NCBI GenBank assembly: GCA_030264375.1
Contig: JASCQW010000081.1
Span: forward strand, 34,531,262 to 34,595,261
Direction of reading: 5' to 3'
Origin: Carcharhinus longimanus
Taxonomy: Eukaryota
Length of the DNA: 64,000 nucleotides
Position 1 is the first letter of the stretch. Every line of letters starts with the position of its first letter. Under the pieces are notes generated by a model. The model was not told where the DNA came from and did no database searches. It saw only the letters and a program-made list of their open reading frames with translations. The position numbers and the translations under genes were made by a program. Shown here in pieces: positions 1 to 13,800 of this stretch.

Positions 1-1777
1 TTCTCTACCAGAGGATTGTAAATGTTTCATCACATTTAAGTCTGGGATGAACAGATTTTCAGTGTCTCAGGTAATTAAGGGATATGAGGGGCCAAGGTCA
101 TATTGAATGGTGGAGCAGGCTTAAATGTGCAGTCTACTCTTGCTCCTGTTAATTATGTTTTTATAAAAATCGAATTCTATACTAAATTACTGTAAAGAAT
201 ACAACTTAGCATTTTACTGTATGCTGTCTTTCATGATTTAATGTAGTAATGCTATTCATCAAAAGGTGTGCATTTTTATTAAATAACTAACAATGAGATC
301 ACAGTTCTGTGGATGTTTGCCTAACATATTAAAATTAAACCAATAAAAAATATGGCTGTTTCTGTACCAGAACAACCATATACTCAATAAAATGCCATAA
401 TTAATGAAACTCAGCAAATGCCTTCAACCACTAATCCCACCAGTTTGCTCATTGAGTCTTATCTTGGGAAGAAAAGAAAGTGTCTTTTGCAGATGTAGAT
501 GAAAAACTGGATTTAAAAATTTTCATATATTTTAAAATTAGAACATCAATGAATGTTTGTTGCATTATGTATTCATTTGATGAATGCCCAACCTCGTAAA
601 TATAAAGCATTCGATAATTTGAAAAAGAAAGCTACAGCCTCAGTTCTGCAAATTTTAGATTCCATACTTGTAGCTTCTGCTTAAAAAATAGAGCTCACCA
701 TCTCTGTCATTTTTACCACTCAATGCCTTCTTCATTAAAACTATTTCAAAAAGCCAGTCATGAAACTGAAAAATCATTAAACATTTAATTACTAATAGTC
801 AAAGTATAAACTTAAATAAAGTTTTGTAAAATAATGAAATCAAATTTTGAATTGATATAGTGTTGTAATATACATTCTCAACGCAACATTTACAGGAGGA
901 CACAATGACACAGTCGTTTATATTCATTTAACAATTCAATGTGCTTCAGATTCAGTGTGGGCAAAATAAAGGAAGTGCAATATCCAGATGGGGTATTTTG
1001 AGTAATTTCACATTTCATGAACAGCTGGAGACTAGTGGTAGCACCAGTACAAAAAGGAAATGCTGTGGATTCTAGAAATCTGAAATAAAAACTAAAAAAT
1101 GCTCGAAATACTGAGCAAATCAGGTCAGGCAGCATTTGTGGAGAAAGAGTCAACTTTTCAGGTTGAGATTACTTGCAGACATATCCTATGTTTCTGGTGG
1201 AAGAGTTGGGGTATTGCTGTAACAAGGATGATGCAAGTGACAGTTACACTTGCCTATGGAACCTGCATCATTTCTTTTATTTGTTCACAGGTAGTGGAGG
1301 TTGCTGACTAGTCCAACATTTATTGCTCATCCATAATTTCCCTTTGAAAAGGTAGTGGTGATCCTTCTTGAACTGCTGTGGTCTGTGTGGTATGGGTACA
1401 CCTACACTGCTGTTAGGAAGGGAGTTCCAGGATTTTGACCTAGCAAATGTGAAGGAATGGCAATATCATTCCAAGTCTGGATGCTTTGTAGTTTGGTGTA
1501 GAAGTTGTAGTGGTGGTGTTCCCATGCATCTGCTGCCCTTATTCTTCATTGACTTCAGAATAGCAACCAGGGGAATGGTTATGTGTCTTTGTGAACTTGG
1601 ATTTGAGGCATGACTGAAGCATGTTCACATTCTCTCCAGTTTTCATCTGATGGGATAGTGTGGAGTCTGTGAAGCATTCATATTAAAATTAAATGGAACA
1701 TTGATGAATCATGAAAAGTATCTACACATCTTTTTGTTTTAATATTCTTTCTAACTGAAAACATGCCCTTTTTATAG

Positions 1778-1891
1778 CGGTGCGATATTGGTGATGCTTC
1801 AAGAGGAAGTCTGTCCTCATATGCCTATGTCCTCATGGTGCTCTACTTTCTACAGCAAAGAAAGCCACCCGTTATTCCTGTTCTTCAAGAA
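1778..1891 (+). CDS. TUT4: TUT4 exon (catalytic region)
   Basis: tttatag|CGG...GAA|gtgagt; RCDIGDASRGSLSSYAYVLMVLYFLQQRKPPVIPVLQE. Confidence 0.95.
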
Positions 1892-4800
1892 GTGAGTATT
1901 AATGTTCCTAATATAATAAAAGTATAGGTACATTTTTATAGATCCTGTCTTGAAAATATGTGTATGAAGTGCTGTCCTGTCAGTGTAGATGAAGTAGTCA
2001 TTTGATAGTATAGAACTTGAGTATTGCTGAAAGAAGACCTTTTTTTTGTTCATGGGATGTGGGCATCATTGACTGGGCCAGCATTTATTGCCCATCCCTC
2101 AGGGCATTCAAAAGTTAACCACATTGCTGTCGAGGTAAGTACAACAGATTCCCAGATTTCCTGAAGAACATTTGTGAGCAATAATCAATGGTGGTTTCAT
2201 GGTTTTTCATTAGACTTTTAATTCCAGATTCTTTTATTACATTCAAATTTCACTGTGGTGGGATTTGAACCCGGATCCCCAGTGTGTTACCCTTGATCTC
2301 TGGATTACTAGTCCAGTGACAATGCCACTATGCCACTCCCTCCACTTTAACTGCTTGCAGTTAACTGTCAGTCACCATTAACTAATGTATTCTCCATGAT
2401 TCTACCAGATTACACTTACCAAGCAGTAAGCACTGCCTTCTCATACAATATAAAATTGTTGTTTCCCCTGACATTGGTATTCTTGCAATTACCCTGATGA
2501 GTGCAAGATGTAAAGGTTTGACAAAATGTATTTTTGCAGCAATGCTTAGATCTGCTGAATGAATATATATCTGCTGAACTGTGGTAGTTAAAGGGAAAAT
2601 ATAGAGATTATATTTCTTCCCAAAGTGCTATCTTTTTTAATTAAAGGAAATCGTATTAATCTCCCTCCCTGTTAGACCATTTCAGTGGCCTTAATTATAC
2701 GGGGTTGTTAATATGTCACACGGTTTTCTGGGGCCTCCAGCAGCTTTGGTTGTTCTGACTAATCAGAAATTCCACTCGTCTTAATTAGAATAACCAAATG
2801 GAAAGGAAGACTCCATTGCAGGGATAGAATTGAATTTTTTTTAATTAAAAAGTCAAAATATTTGGCAATTATATAATTTTCTTCTAATAAAAGGCCTATA
2901 CTTTAAACAAAATATTATTCTTTTCCTTTGTTCCTGAATTGATACTTATTAACTTGGCTGACATACTCTTTCCCTGTGTTTCAACATCAAAGACAATAAT
3001 TGCTTGTACAATTTACTTGGTGCAGTTACTACAGCAGAATGTTTTTGGCTGAACAGTTCTGTTATCTGAAACCAGAAAAATATTGGTAAAAGATTATGTT
3101 TTTCATAAGATATTGTTTTTCTCTGAATGTTAATGTCCGATATACAATTCTATCTAACCTTTTCTGCTCTTCTGGCTAACTTGACTGAAAACTTTGAGGC
3201 TGCGTCGGTGCACACCAACTTGATCTTTGAAATTAATTTGAACTTTGAGACAATGAGCAAATCTAAGTACTGAATAAAAAGCTATTGTTTTAACCCTGGA
3301 ACAGAGAGAATATATTTCGTAACTAGCATAAATATTCAAACTATTTTGTCAGTCCTCCAATCCAATTTCCATGTACATACTTTTATTATAGCTTGAGATT
3401 TGCTTATTTTAAGATTTAGAAACTGTTTTTTGTGTGCTGCGACAAAAGTGACTGAACACTTATTTGTAGAAGGCGATGTTTTAGAAGGCAGCAAGGGCAA
3501 GTAATGCTACTGTTGCTACCTATGAAGAAAGGCAAAGCAGTGGCCAAACTCAAGAATGGGTATTATTATGTTTTATGAGCTTCAGTGCTGGTATTCTTAA
3601 AAAAAAAGTACAATACACAACATGGGTTGGGGAGATACTATGAAATTTCAAATCCAAAGCACTTGTGATTGTATATGTGCATTTTTGTAAAGCGAGCATA
3701 AACTCCAAAACCAATTCTTTGTAGATTTTTGATGGAAAAGAAGTGCCGCAGAGAATGGTAGATGGATGGAATGCTTTCTTCTTTGATGATGTTGAAGAGC
3801 TGGTAATATGTTGTTTTTGATTTATTACCTTCAAGATAAAACATGGATGTAATGTAGTTAAATTACTGGGATTTAAGTTATGGGAAATCTTATTGAAACT
3901 GTTTAGAACCATGGAGGTTTACAAGCACATAAGATGGTAATTTTTCTCATTGTTTCTGTGCCAGACATTTGGAAAACAAAGCCATCGCCTTAGACCTCTC
4001 CTTATACTCTTTCAGCATTTTTCTTTTTAAATATTTTATTCAAATTAATTCTGCTTCCAACACTTTTTAATAGACCATATATCCCATCCTGCATATAAAA
4101 AAATGTTATCTTCCTTTGTTCTTTATGTTGCAAGTTTAATGCCCACTGGGCATTAAACTGCCTCACTGAACAGTTGATAAATTTCCTCACCAGTACCATC
4201 TGTTTTTCTTAAAAGAACTCTTAAATTTGTTGGACATGATTTTCCTTTTAGTAATCTGTGAATTTAGGGTGTTTTTAAATGACCAGTTTTTTTCCAAACT
4301 ATTATTTTCATCCTGTAATAATGTCTCGAAGGTTTTACCCACTAGCAATGTTGGGCTGACCACTCTATATTACCTTGTTTATTCCTATCTCCCTTCTTAA
4401 ACACAGGTGTTACAAATCCTCCAGTCCTCTGGCACTGCTTCCCTGTGCAAGGATGTTTGAAAGATTGTGGTCAGAGCTTTGGTTTCCTCATTTACTTTGC
4501 TTAGTATTCTAGGATGCATGCTACCAGGGCCCAGAGCTTTTCCACTTTCAAATTCCACCTAAGTGTTTCAATGCTAACTAACCTCTTCAGTGCTTAATAT
4601 CCTAGAACTAGAATCAGAATTGCTCCCTTCTTTGTCAAAAATGTATTTGTATTGGTCAATGTGATAATTCTACTGTTGGGGAAATTGTGCTGAATTACTT
4701 TGTTTAACTGCTTGATTTTACAGATCAATGTTGTAGACATTTTTCATATATTGTACTGAACTCCTTTTCTAAAATATGTCTTCTTTTGTGCTTTAGAAGA

Positions 4801-7800
4801 AAAAGGTGCCTGAACTTGGGACAAACAAAGAATCAGTGGGTGAACTCTGGTTAGGCCTGTTGCGATTTTATACTGAAGAATTTGATTTCAAGGAGTATGT
4901 TATCAGCATCAGACAAAAAAAGCTTTTAACAACATTTGAAAAGCAATGGACTTCAAAGTGCATTGCTATAGAAGGTATTATTAAATTATCAAGTATATGC
5001 TTCAGTTGATAGAATAACACTAATTCCAAGAATATTGCATTGTTTTAGGGACTAGAATCAATACAAAGCTCAGAAAGATGCTGCACTCCTGTGTTTATAC
5101 AAATCCACTGTAATCATTATGTGTACTGACGGTACACACAGCTAGATTTTTGCTTTGTCCTTTTGAACCCTTACAACAACTCACTATGATTATCTTTATT
5201 ATTTTAAACAAGGCTGGAGTATCATCTTCAGTCATCTTTCATTACCTTCCCCTACATTCCCTCAATTGACGACTGTTGTTCTATCCCTAGTCCTTTTGCC
5301 TGAAGGCTCATGGTGATCATTTATGCTGTAACTGATCACATTGGATTTAATTTTACCAGGAATTTGGGAGCCTGAAGTCAGACTGAAAAGCCTGGGTCAG
5401 GCCCAGCTGTGAGCAGCTCAACAATTTGACTGAAGCTAGCCTCCTGATTGGCCACCTACAGGCCCACAGTCCAATTAAAGATGCTAGGTGTACTCCTGAT
5501 GTGGTTGATCTGAAGTCTCAGCAATGCCATCAGGAGAGTGGGCACTACTGAGGCTGGTCAGAGACCTTGAGGCACCGCATAATGGAGGTGCCCATAGACA
5601 ACAAGCACAAATTGAAGTTTATATGCCAAGGGTGGCACAGTGGTTAGCACTGCAGTATCACAGTGCCAGGGACCCAGGTTCAGTTCCGGCCTCTGGTCAC
5701 TGTATGTGTGGAGTTTGCACATTCTCCCCCCATGCCTGCATGGGGTTCGTCCAGGTGCTCCGGTTTTCTCCCACTCTCCAAAGATGTGCGAGTTACATTG
5801 ATTCACCATGTTAAATTGTCCTTATTGGCAGGGAAATTAGCCAGGATAAATACAGGGGGTTATGGTGATAGGGTCTGGGTGGGATTGTGGTCAGTGCAGA
5901 CTCGATAGGCCTAATGGCTTCCTAATATCACTCTATGATATTAAGTCAGTGGGCCTCATGGAATGAATGGAAAACAACTCCAGAGAAATCACTGGAGCAG
6001 GNNNNNNNNNNCCTAGCCGGCCTCCTCCTGCCTATCCATGTGTGTAAACCCCCATTACCCAGGACCCTGGTCAATTCCAAGACTCCTCACTCAGCAGATT
6101 CACCTCAGCTTCAGCAAAATGCCAGTAGCTCCATAAAATAGCCCAAAATCAGGCTTTTCCCAACTATGAAAATTAGCTGCCTGTCTCCATGGAACAGAAG
6201 TCTCTCTGGTGACAGGACTATAATAGGAAGTTACCCTGATGAGGCCCTTGCTAATTTCTTGCTGATCTCTAAACTTCTCACCCATCTCCATTCTTGTCAC
6301 CTGGGTGACCACTAAAATTTAGCTTTTTGTTTTCAAATCCCTCCATGGACTTGCCCTTCCCCTCCCCCTTCCTCTAACCACCTTGAACTCCCCCTAACCC
6401 TCCAGTTCTGAACTCTTGCACATCCCGATTTAATCACTCCACTGTTAACTCTAACACTGGAATTCCCTCCCTAAATCTCTTCACTTCTGGTTCCTCCTTT
6501 AAGATGCTCCTGAAAAAAACTCCCTTTTTGATGCTTTGTGGTCATCCCTGTCCTATTATCTCCTTATGTCAAATTTTGTTTGAAAGAATTTTCCAGAAGT
6601 CCCTTAGAATGTTTTACTATGTTAAAAGATGTTATGTAAAGGCAAGTTGTTTCTTGCAGCCAACTGAAACTGAAAAATCTTTCAAAAAAATATATGACAT
6701 GGACGTTTGGATTTTGCAATAGATTTTTGAGTATATTTTTTTACTTTGCTTTTTGGATAGGAGTGAGAAAAGCTGAGATCAATTTGACTTAACACTTGGC
6801 CAATGTACAGTATGCATTCAGATCACTTCCTTCTCCTTTCAACCAAAGCTGTCTTTCCTCATTATCAGACCTCACAAGCCATATTTTGCCCAAAAGGTTG
6901 GAATATTGCCTGTTAATTGGTTGCTACCATTACTGCTCATTAGCCGCAAGAGCGTGAAAGTTTCCTGAAGTCATACCTCCCAGCTTTCTCATTCCTTATA
7001 GATGAGTTGGCCTCTGTTCACTGTTCCTGCTCTCCATCTGACCAATTTTGGATACTGTCGGGAACAAAGCATGTGCTGTCATTGTCATCTCTTAGCTAAT
7101 CATTTTGATGAGCATATGTAATGCCGCTACTTGTGTTTTGTCGCATATTTGTTTCCCAAAGTGTAAACTTCCCATTTTTGCCTTTGCTTTATCGTTAATA
7201 AGCAGACAGTATTTTCTGCTGGACTTTCTTGCCATTATTGTTGTTTGTAACAAAAATAACCAATTTTTTTTATGTTGCTTTGTCCACTGATCATGAATTA
7301 AATTTCATATTCGTCCATCACCATCTGGAAGAAGTATAAAAAGGTGAAATAAATAAGTGTTGCAAAAGTATTAGGATATTCTGAGATCTTGAAATTCAAG
7401 TCTAGTCACATCATAAATTTCTAGATAGTAATAGTGATAGTAGAATAAATGAATGAAGGGAGCTAATACCATTTTATACAAGATGTAGTGATGCCAGAAC
7501 TTATTTTCCAGATCCTTTTGATTTGAATCACAATCTTGGTGCTGGAGTTTCAAGGAAAAGTAAGTCCTTGTACCTTTAGGCTTTTCCCAAGTATTTTTTT
7601 GCATCAAAAGGCATGAACATGACTCTGATACCAATGTTTGCTGTCTTTGCAGTGACCAACTTTATTATGAAAGCTTTTATTAATGGACGCAAATTATTTG
7701 GTACACCTGTATATCCACATCCTGGCATGGAAACAGTATGTAAATACAATTATTTTACTGTATCTTTGTTGTTGATTAAATGACACTTCCATTGTCAATC

Positions 7801-10800
7801 CTAACAACTTCTATTAAATAAAACCCCAGTAATATCACCTCTTGGTGCGACAATAACATATTTTATTATATGACAAATTAATATCAAGTTAATAGTAATA
7901 TTTCCAACCATATTTGTCTATGATGATTTCACTATAGAAGATAGAAAATAGGTCTTTGAAATTATGAAAAGGTTTGACAGGATAGACATAGGGAAAAGGT
8001 TTACACTGTAAGAGAGTTGAAAAATCGGGGCCATAAATATAAGATAGTCGCTTATCAATCCAATGAAGAACTCAGGAGAGACTTCTTCGGTTAGTATAAA
8101 AACTGCGCCACCACAGGAATAGTTGAGGCAAATAGCATTGTTGCCTTTAACGAAAACTGGTTAAGAACATGAGGGAGAAAGAAAGAGAACCCTAGGCAGT
8201 CAGGGTTCACTGAAGAAGGATGGGNNNNNNNNNNNNNNNNNNNNNNNNNNNNNNNNNNNNNNNNNNNNNNNNNNNNNNNNNNNNNNNNNNNNNNNNNNNN
8301 NNNNNNNNNNNNNNNNNNNNNNNNNNNNNNNNNNNNNNNNNNNNNNNNNNNNNNNNNAAACTATATTTTACGTGGTGTCTGTATAGGTTTATCCATTGAC
8401 AGAAAGCTGAATTGATGATGCCATGGGGCCATTTTTGTTTTTGTCCATTCATGGGACAGGGCATCACTGGCTGGGCCAGCATTTGATGCCTATCCATAAT
8501 TGCCCTTGAGGGGCAGTTAAGAATCAACCATATTGCTGTGGATCTGGATCAGGTAAGGACTGTGATTTCCTTCCCTAACAGATATTAATAAACTAGATGG
8601 ATTCTTAACAACAATTGACATGGTTTCATGGTCTTCACTTCTAATTCCAGATTTTTTATTGAATTCAAATTTCATCATCTGTCATGGTGGAATTCAAACC
8701 CAGGTCACCAGATCTTGCTCTGGGTCTCCGGATTACTAGTTCAGTGACAATATCACTATGCCACTGCCTCCCCTACCAGTTATATTATCATATTCATGAA
8801 ATACTAAATTCCTACAAGTAAAGGTCAACCCATTTGTAGACACTGTCTTTTGTTATCCATTTCAATCTATTTTATTCATGGCCGAAGATATATGCCCCGA
8901 GTTAGCAATTTCAGCAAGAATCCTGAGACCTATATAATTGATGGGAAGAAAGGTATATTAGGAACTGGAATTTATGGAGATAATCATTGTCATCTAGCCT
9001 CCATTGCTGGAGTTCACAATGTTTTGCCAGAGAGGCTGGATGGATACTGATACTGGATACAACAGAATCAAAGTTTAAAAGATCCTGAGAAAGGTGAAAA
9101 GGAAAACCTACAGGAAAGAAACAATGTTGAGCAACAACAGAATTATGGCTATATGGCACCGCCACTGTAGAAAAGCATGCTGATGAGAAATGGATTTTAA
9201 ACCATAAAGGGATAAGGAATTTATGCTCAAGGATGAGAATTTTAATGAATTCTGGAGGCAAGAAAAGCATGAATGAGGAATTCAGCAGGTGGGAAGAGTT
9301 ACAGATATGGAAATAGGCAATCTTTGTGCTTGAAAACTCAGCTCAGGGTTGAACAGGATATTACATTTTTGAACAGTAGCACGGTCAGGAATAAAATTAT
9401 TAAGGAGTCCAAAGAAGAAGAATGTTTTCTGTGGAAATTGCTGCACCTTCAAAATTGATTGGCAGACAAGTTGTCTTTGAGAAACATTAGAGTGCAGAGC
9501 AATAATGGGGAAGTGGAGCTAGGCGTTAATAGCATACATGGAATCTGACCTCCATATCTGGATATCACCAAAGGGTGACATGCTAATAAGGAGAGGACAA
9601 GAGTAGATCCTTGGAGTATTCCAAAATGAATTTAGATGCTGTAATTACAACTAGAGATAGGTGAGTGTGGAATCAACTCTATAAATCTGAACATCAGAGG
9701 AGAGGAAGTTTAGGAGGGTGATGTCATTGATCGTTTTAAAACCTATCAATTGATTGAGGAAAATAATGCACTACAGACTCTCAAACATTATTCATTACTG
9801 GTTAGGAACGTTTCAGTTGAGAGAGGATATGAGTGGTGAGAAATAGATGGAGGTTGTTTGGAGATAGTGTCCTGTTGGTGATCAATACATTGAGGATGTA
9901 TAGATGTTATGGGTGATGATGAGATAACAGGAATGGCCTGGATGAATAGGGGAGCTTGTTTGGAGGGAGTTGTTTGAGGAGGACAGAAGGGCAGATCATT
10001 TGGAGAGAGATCAAAGGAATTGGGATGGAGATTAAAGTCTCAGTGAGGGAGAAGATAAAGGATATCATGGGATAGGATTGAGATGGGTTAATTACAGCAG
10101 ATATGAGAGCTTATATTCTCCAAGGAAGAGGAATAGATGCCAAAAGAGTAGGAGATATGCCAAAATACAATTTGACAAACAGAGAATCTAAAAAAGAGTA
10201 GAAAAACAGTAGAAATCAAAATGAAGTAAGTAAATGAAATAAAGCAAATGAAAATTAGATATGAAGACAAAAAATGAGTTGAAGGAAATAAAACTTTGAC
10301 GTGATTTTTTTTAAATTTAAGATATAAATAAACTTGTTTCAAAATTTCTAGATTTTCGTCTTAGTTATTTAGTGACCAAATTTAGTTTTCCCAGATGTTA
10401 AATTTCTATTCATGGTCATGTGATCAACAAAATTGAAATTGTGGAAATAACTTTTTTTAGGATTACTTTTTTGATTCAAAAATCCTAACTGATGGGGAGT
10501 TGGCACCAAATGATAGATGTTGTCGTATCTGTGGAAAAATTGGACATTACATGAAAGACTGCCCAAAAAGGAGGAGGTAAGTATCAGTTTGCATTTATGT
10601 ACTTCCTTTCCCATCCTTGGATGATCTCATCTCATTTCACAGCCTATTGATTGATTAGTTTTAAAGTGTATAGCAACAAGATCACACAAACAAAAAATGA
10701 GATCAATGAAGATAGCAAGCAGAAAGAGGCTCAGAGAAGACCTAAGAACAAGGTTGGCCCAGACACTGCTGCACTTCTGGTAGTACCGTAGGATTCCTAA

Positions 10801-13800
10801 TGCCAGACAAAATTTAACATTTCATCAAAACATAGCCACTCTGATATGTCATGTTCCCTTAGAGCAGCAGTGAAGGGTCAGACTGGATTATGTGCTCTAA
10901 CCCTGGAATTTGAACCCATGTTTTTTGACTTGGGTGAGATTTCTACCACTGAGACAAATTGACACTTTGAATTATTGAAAAAGTTTTCAACATGATTATT
11001 TGATCTAAGAAATGCCCTTTTCAATACACTTTGGATTCCCAATTTTGCCAACTTGAAAAACAGACTGTAGTCAGGGCTGCACATGACCAGCAGCATGTTT
11101 AGAGCTTTCTCTCAAAAATGTTATTACGTTTCTTTTCTCGCTCTCCATTTTCTTCCCGCTCTTCCTTCCTCCACTCATCTTCCCTGATGATGATAACGTA
11201 ATTCTGATTTTCAGTCATTAAATAGTTTGCATCAGTTAGTTTTGATATTTTATTATGAACACTGCAGTACTCGATGAGAAAATGCCAGAAACCTGGATGA
11301 TCGCCCCTTTTTGGTGCTCTTTTGATATTTAAAGTTTTCAAAACCTGTTCATAAACTCATTTAATACTGGGATAAGTGATAACCCTAAATTTATCCTTGC
11401 TATCGTTTTTAACTTAAAGGATTGCAATATTGACTAGATATATTTTATGTTAAGAATGAAGAAGAAAGAAAATGAGAAAGATGAAGAGAAGGATTCAAAG
11501 GAAGAAGAAAAAGAACTAAGAGAAAAACGATGCTTTATCTGTGGTGACACTGGTCATATGAGAAGAGACTGTCCAGAATACAGAACAACCCGACCAAGGA
11601 ACAGCGCTGTGTCTGGTAATTAAACTAATTGTTTGGAGGAAAGAGNNNNNNNNNNNNNNNNNNNNNNNNNNNNNNNNNNNNNNNNNNNNNNNNNNNNNNN
11701 NNNNNNNNNNNNNNNNNNNNNNNNNNNNNNNNNNNNNNNNNNNNNTCTTATTGAATGGTGGGGCAGGCTCGAAGGGCTAGATGGCCTACTCCTGCTCCTA
11801 TTTCTTATGTTCTTATGTAAACCAGCTCACAATGTTATTTCTATTCCCACAAAACCTTCAAGAAAATGTATTTTGTGATACAGTTATTCAGTGATGCTGT
11901 GCATTGATGCAAAGAAGAATTAAGTAAGTTTGTCCCTATAATTCTCCTGTTTGAATGTCCAATCTTGATAGTATTACCAAGGAAGATGAAATAATTGTTC
12001 TTTTCCAAGAGGGATAGAAAGTTGAAGAATGAGTCATTCCAGAATGCTTTCTCACTTCTATGAAATTCTTTAAAAACCATAAATATATATGTATATATAG
12101 TGCCATAAAGTAGTAGAACCTCAAGTTGCTTTAGAGAAGATAGGCATCAAATTTTAGGGGATGTGGACCAAAGCATGACTGAAATAATAGCCTATTAAAT
12201 GTGAGGCTAAGGAGTTTAGGAAATTCTGGAATTGTATTGCACAAGAATTGCTGGTCTGTTTTATCTGTCCTTATCCCAAGGATGTTACCAAGATGATTTT
12301 TTTGGCATCACCAAAATAGCTAGCGTCACCCCCTCTTTAAAAAGCTTATTCTGGATTCCTCTGTGTTCTCCAACTATGGGACATCTCTAACAATTCATGT
12401 TACAATCCCCATAGAGACTGATAACTTTTAAAAGAAATTTAAACATCCAGTTAATAGCGGAAAGAATGGAACATCAAGATGATATAGCAAGATGTCACAT
12501 TTCAAAACCTTTACTACAACAAATGACTAAAGCAACTTTGAGTAAACACTATTTTTGTAGGCAACTTGTACTTCAAACTGCAGAAGAGAATACCACCCCT
12601 ACCTTTCTTATTTTTAGCCCAACTGAAACAACATACTTCACAGATATAATTTACAGTGTTCTTTACATAGACATTCAATTTTCACAGAATCAATCCTGAG
12701 CATTAATTCCTATTCTCTTCTTTTCACAGCCTAGTAAATTGCGATTCTAGAACTATCTTGCACCATGAGATTTTCTTTTTAAGGAAACTTCTTTATCTTG
12801 CACCATGAGATTTTCTTTTTAAGGAAACTCTTCCTTAGCCCAAACTAGATGACTCTTCCAATCTTGTTTTAACTCCACATAATTTTAGTTGTTTCAATCT
12901 GAGCAGAGACTTCCACCTGCATTCCTACACGGCAAGCCATAAAGATCTCCACAGCTCCCTTTCTCCCAGATCCAGATTCTCTCTGTTTTACCTTAAACTA
13001 AAGACAGAGTTCCAAGTGATAAAAAATCTTGTAAACCTCATGATTGTAACACGTTCCATACCCAGCAGTTCCCAAATATGTTATCGTCATCCAACTTGGT
13101 GCAGCTTCCTGTTTGAATCTCTTCAATCCTGCTTTTAACAGACTGCCTTGGTCACTGTTAACAATTAATAAGCAAACCTTGTTTCTCTTTGATCCTTCAC
13201 TGTAGTCTTTGACATCATTAGCCACTCTACTTTCCAGCTAAGTAATTCCACTCATACTGTTATAATGCAAGAATTGAACTTCCTGGCTTATATTTAACTT
13301 CGTAAAAAGTCTGACAACACCAGGTTTAAGACCAACCGATTTATTTATTATAAATAAATTTATTATAAATAAATTATAATTATATTATAAATAAATTATA
13401 AATATATTATAATTTATTATAAATAAATCGGTTGGACTTAAACCTGATGTTATCAGACTTTTTACTGTGTTTACCCGAGTCCAACGCCGGCATATCCACA
13501 TCATTATATTTAACTTGGCAGTGATGCATTTTCCCACTAAATCTTTAGGGGATAAACAGATTACAGTTTAATTAATCCTTTGTCAACAATACTAGAAATT
13601 AATATCCATATTTAAAGGGGACGGTAACTGTGCATGGAGAAGTTCGGGATAATTGGGTACATACACCACATATATTAAAATATCCTGGAGCAGGTTGATA
13701 TACTATTTTAGAGCTTGCGATCTTTGTGCAATGGAGTGATGGAGCATTAATTGAATTGCTGTTCTCTGCATGGCAAGTCCCCAATCTCAATGTGGCAGCA

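Noticed and set aside
5628-5700. tRNA genes at SINE heads (also 25178, 26372, 59277 and others)
   Set aside because: A/B boxes are present but run straight into SINE bodies, with no intact cloverleaf
8207-8527. ORFs spanning N runs (also 5935, 11633, 29809, 61702)
   Set aside because: Assembly gaps inflate their length and the flanks are TE or intron sequence
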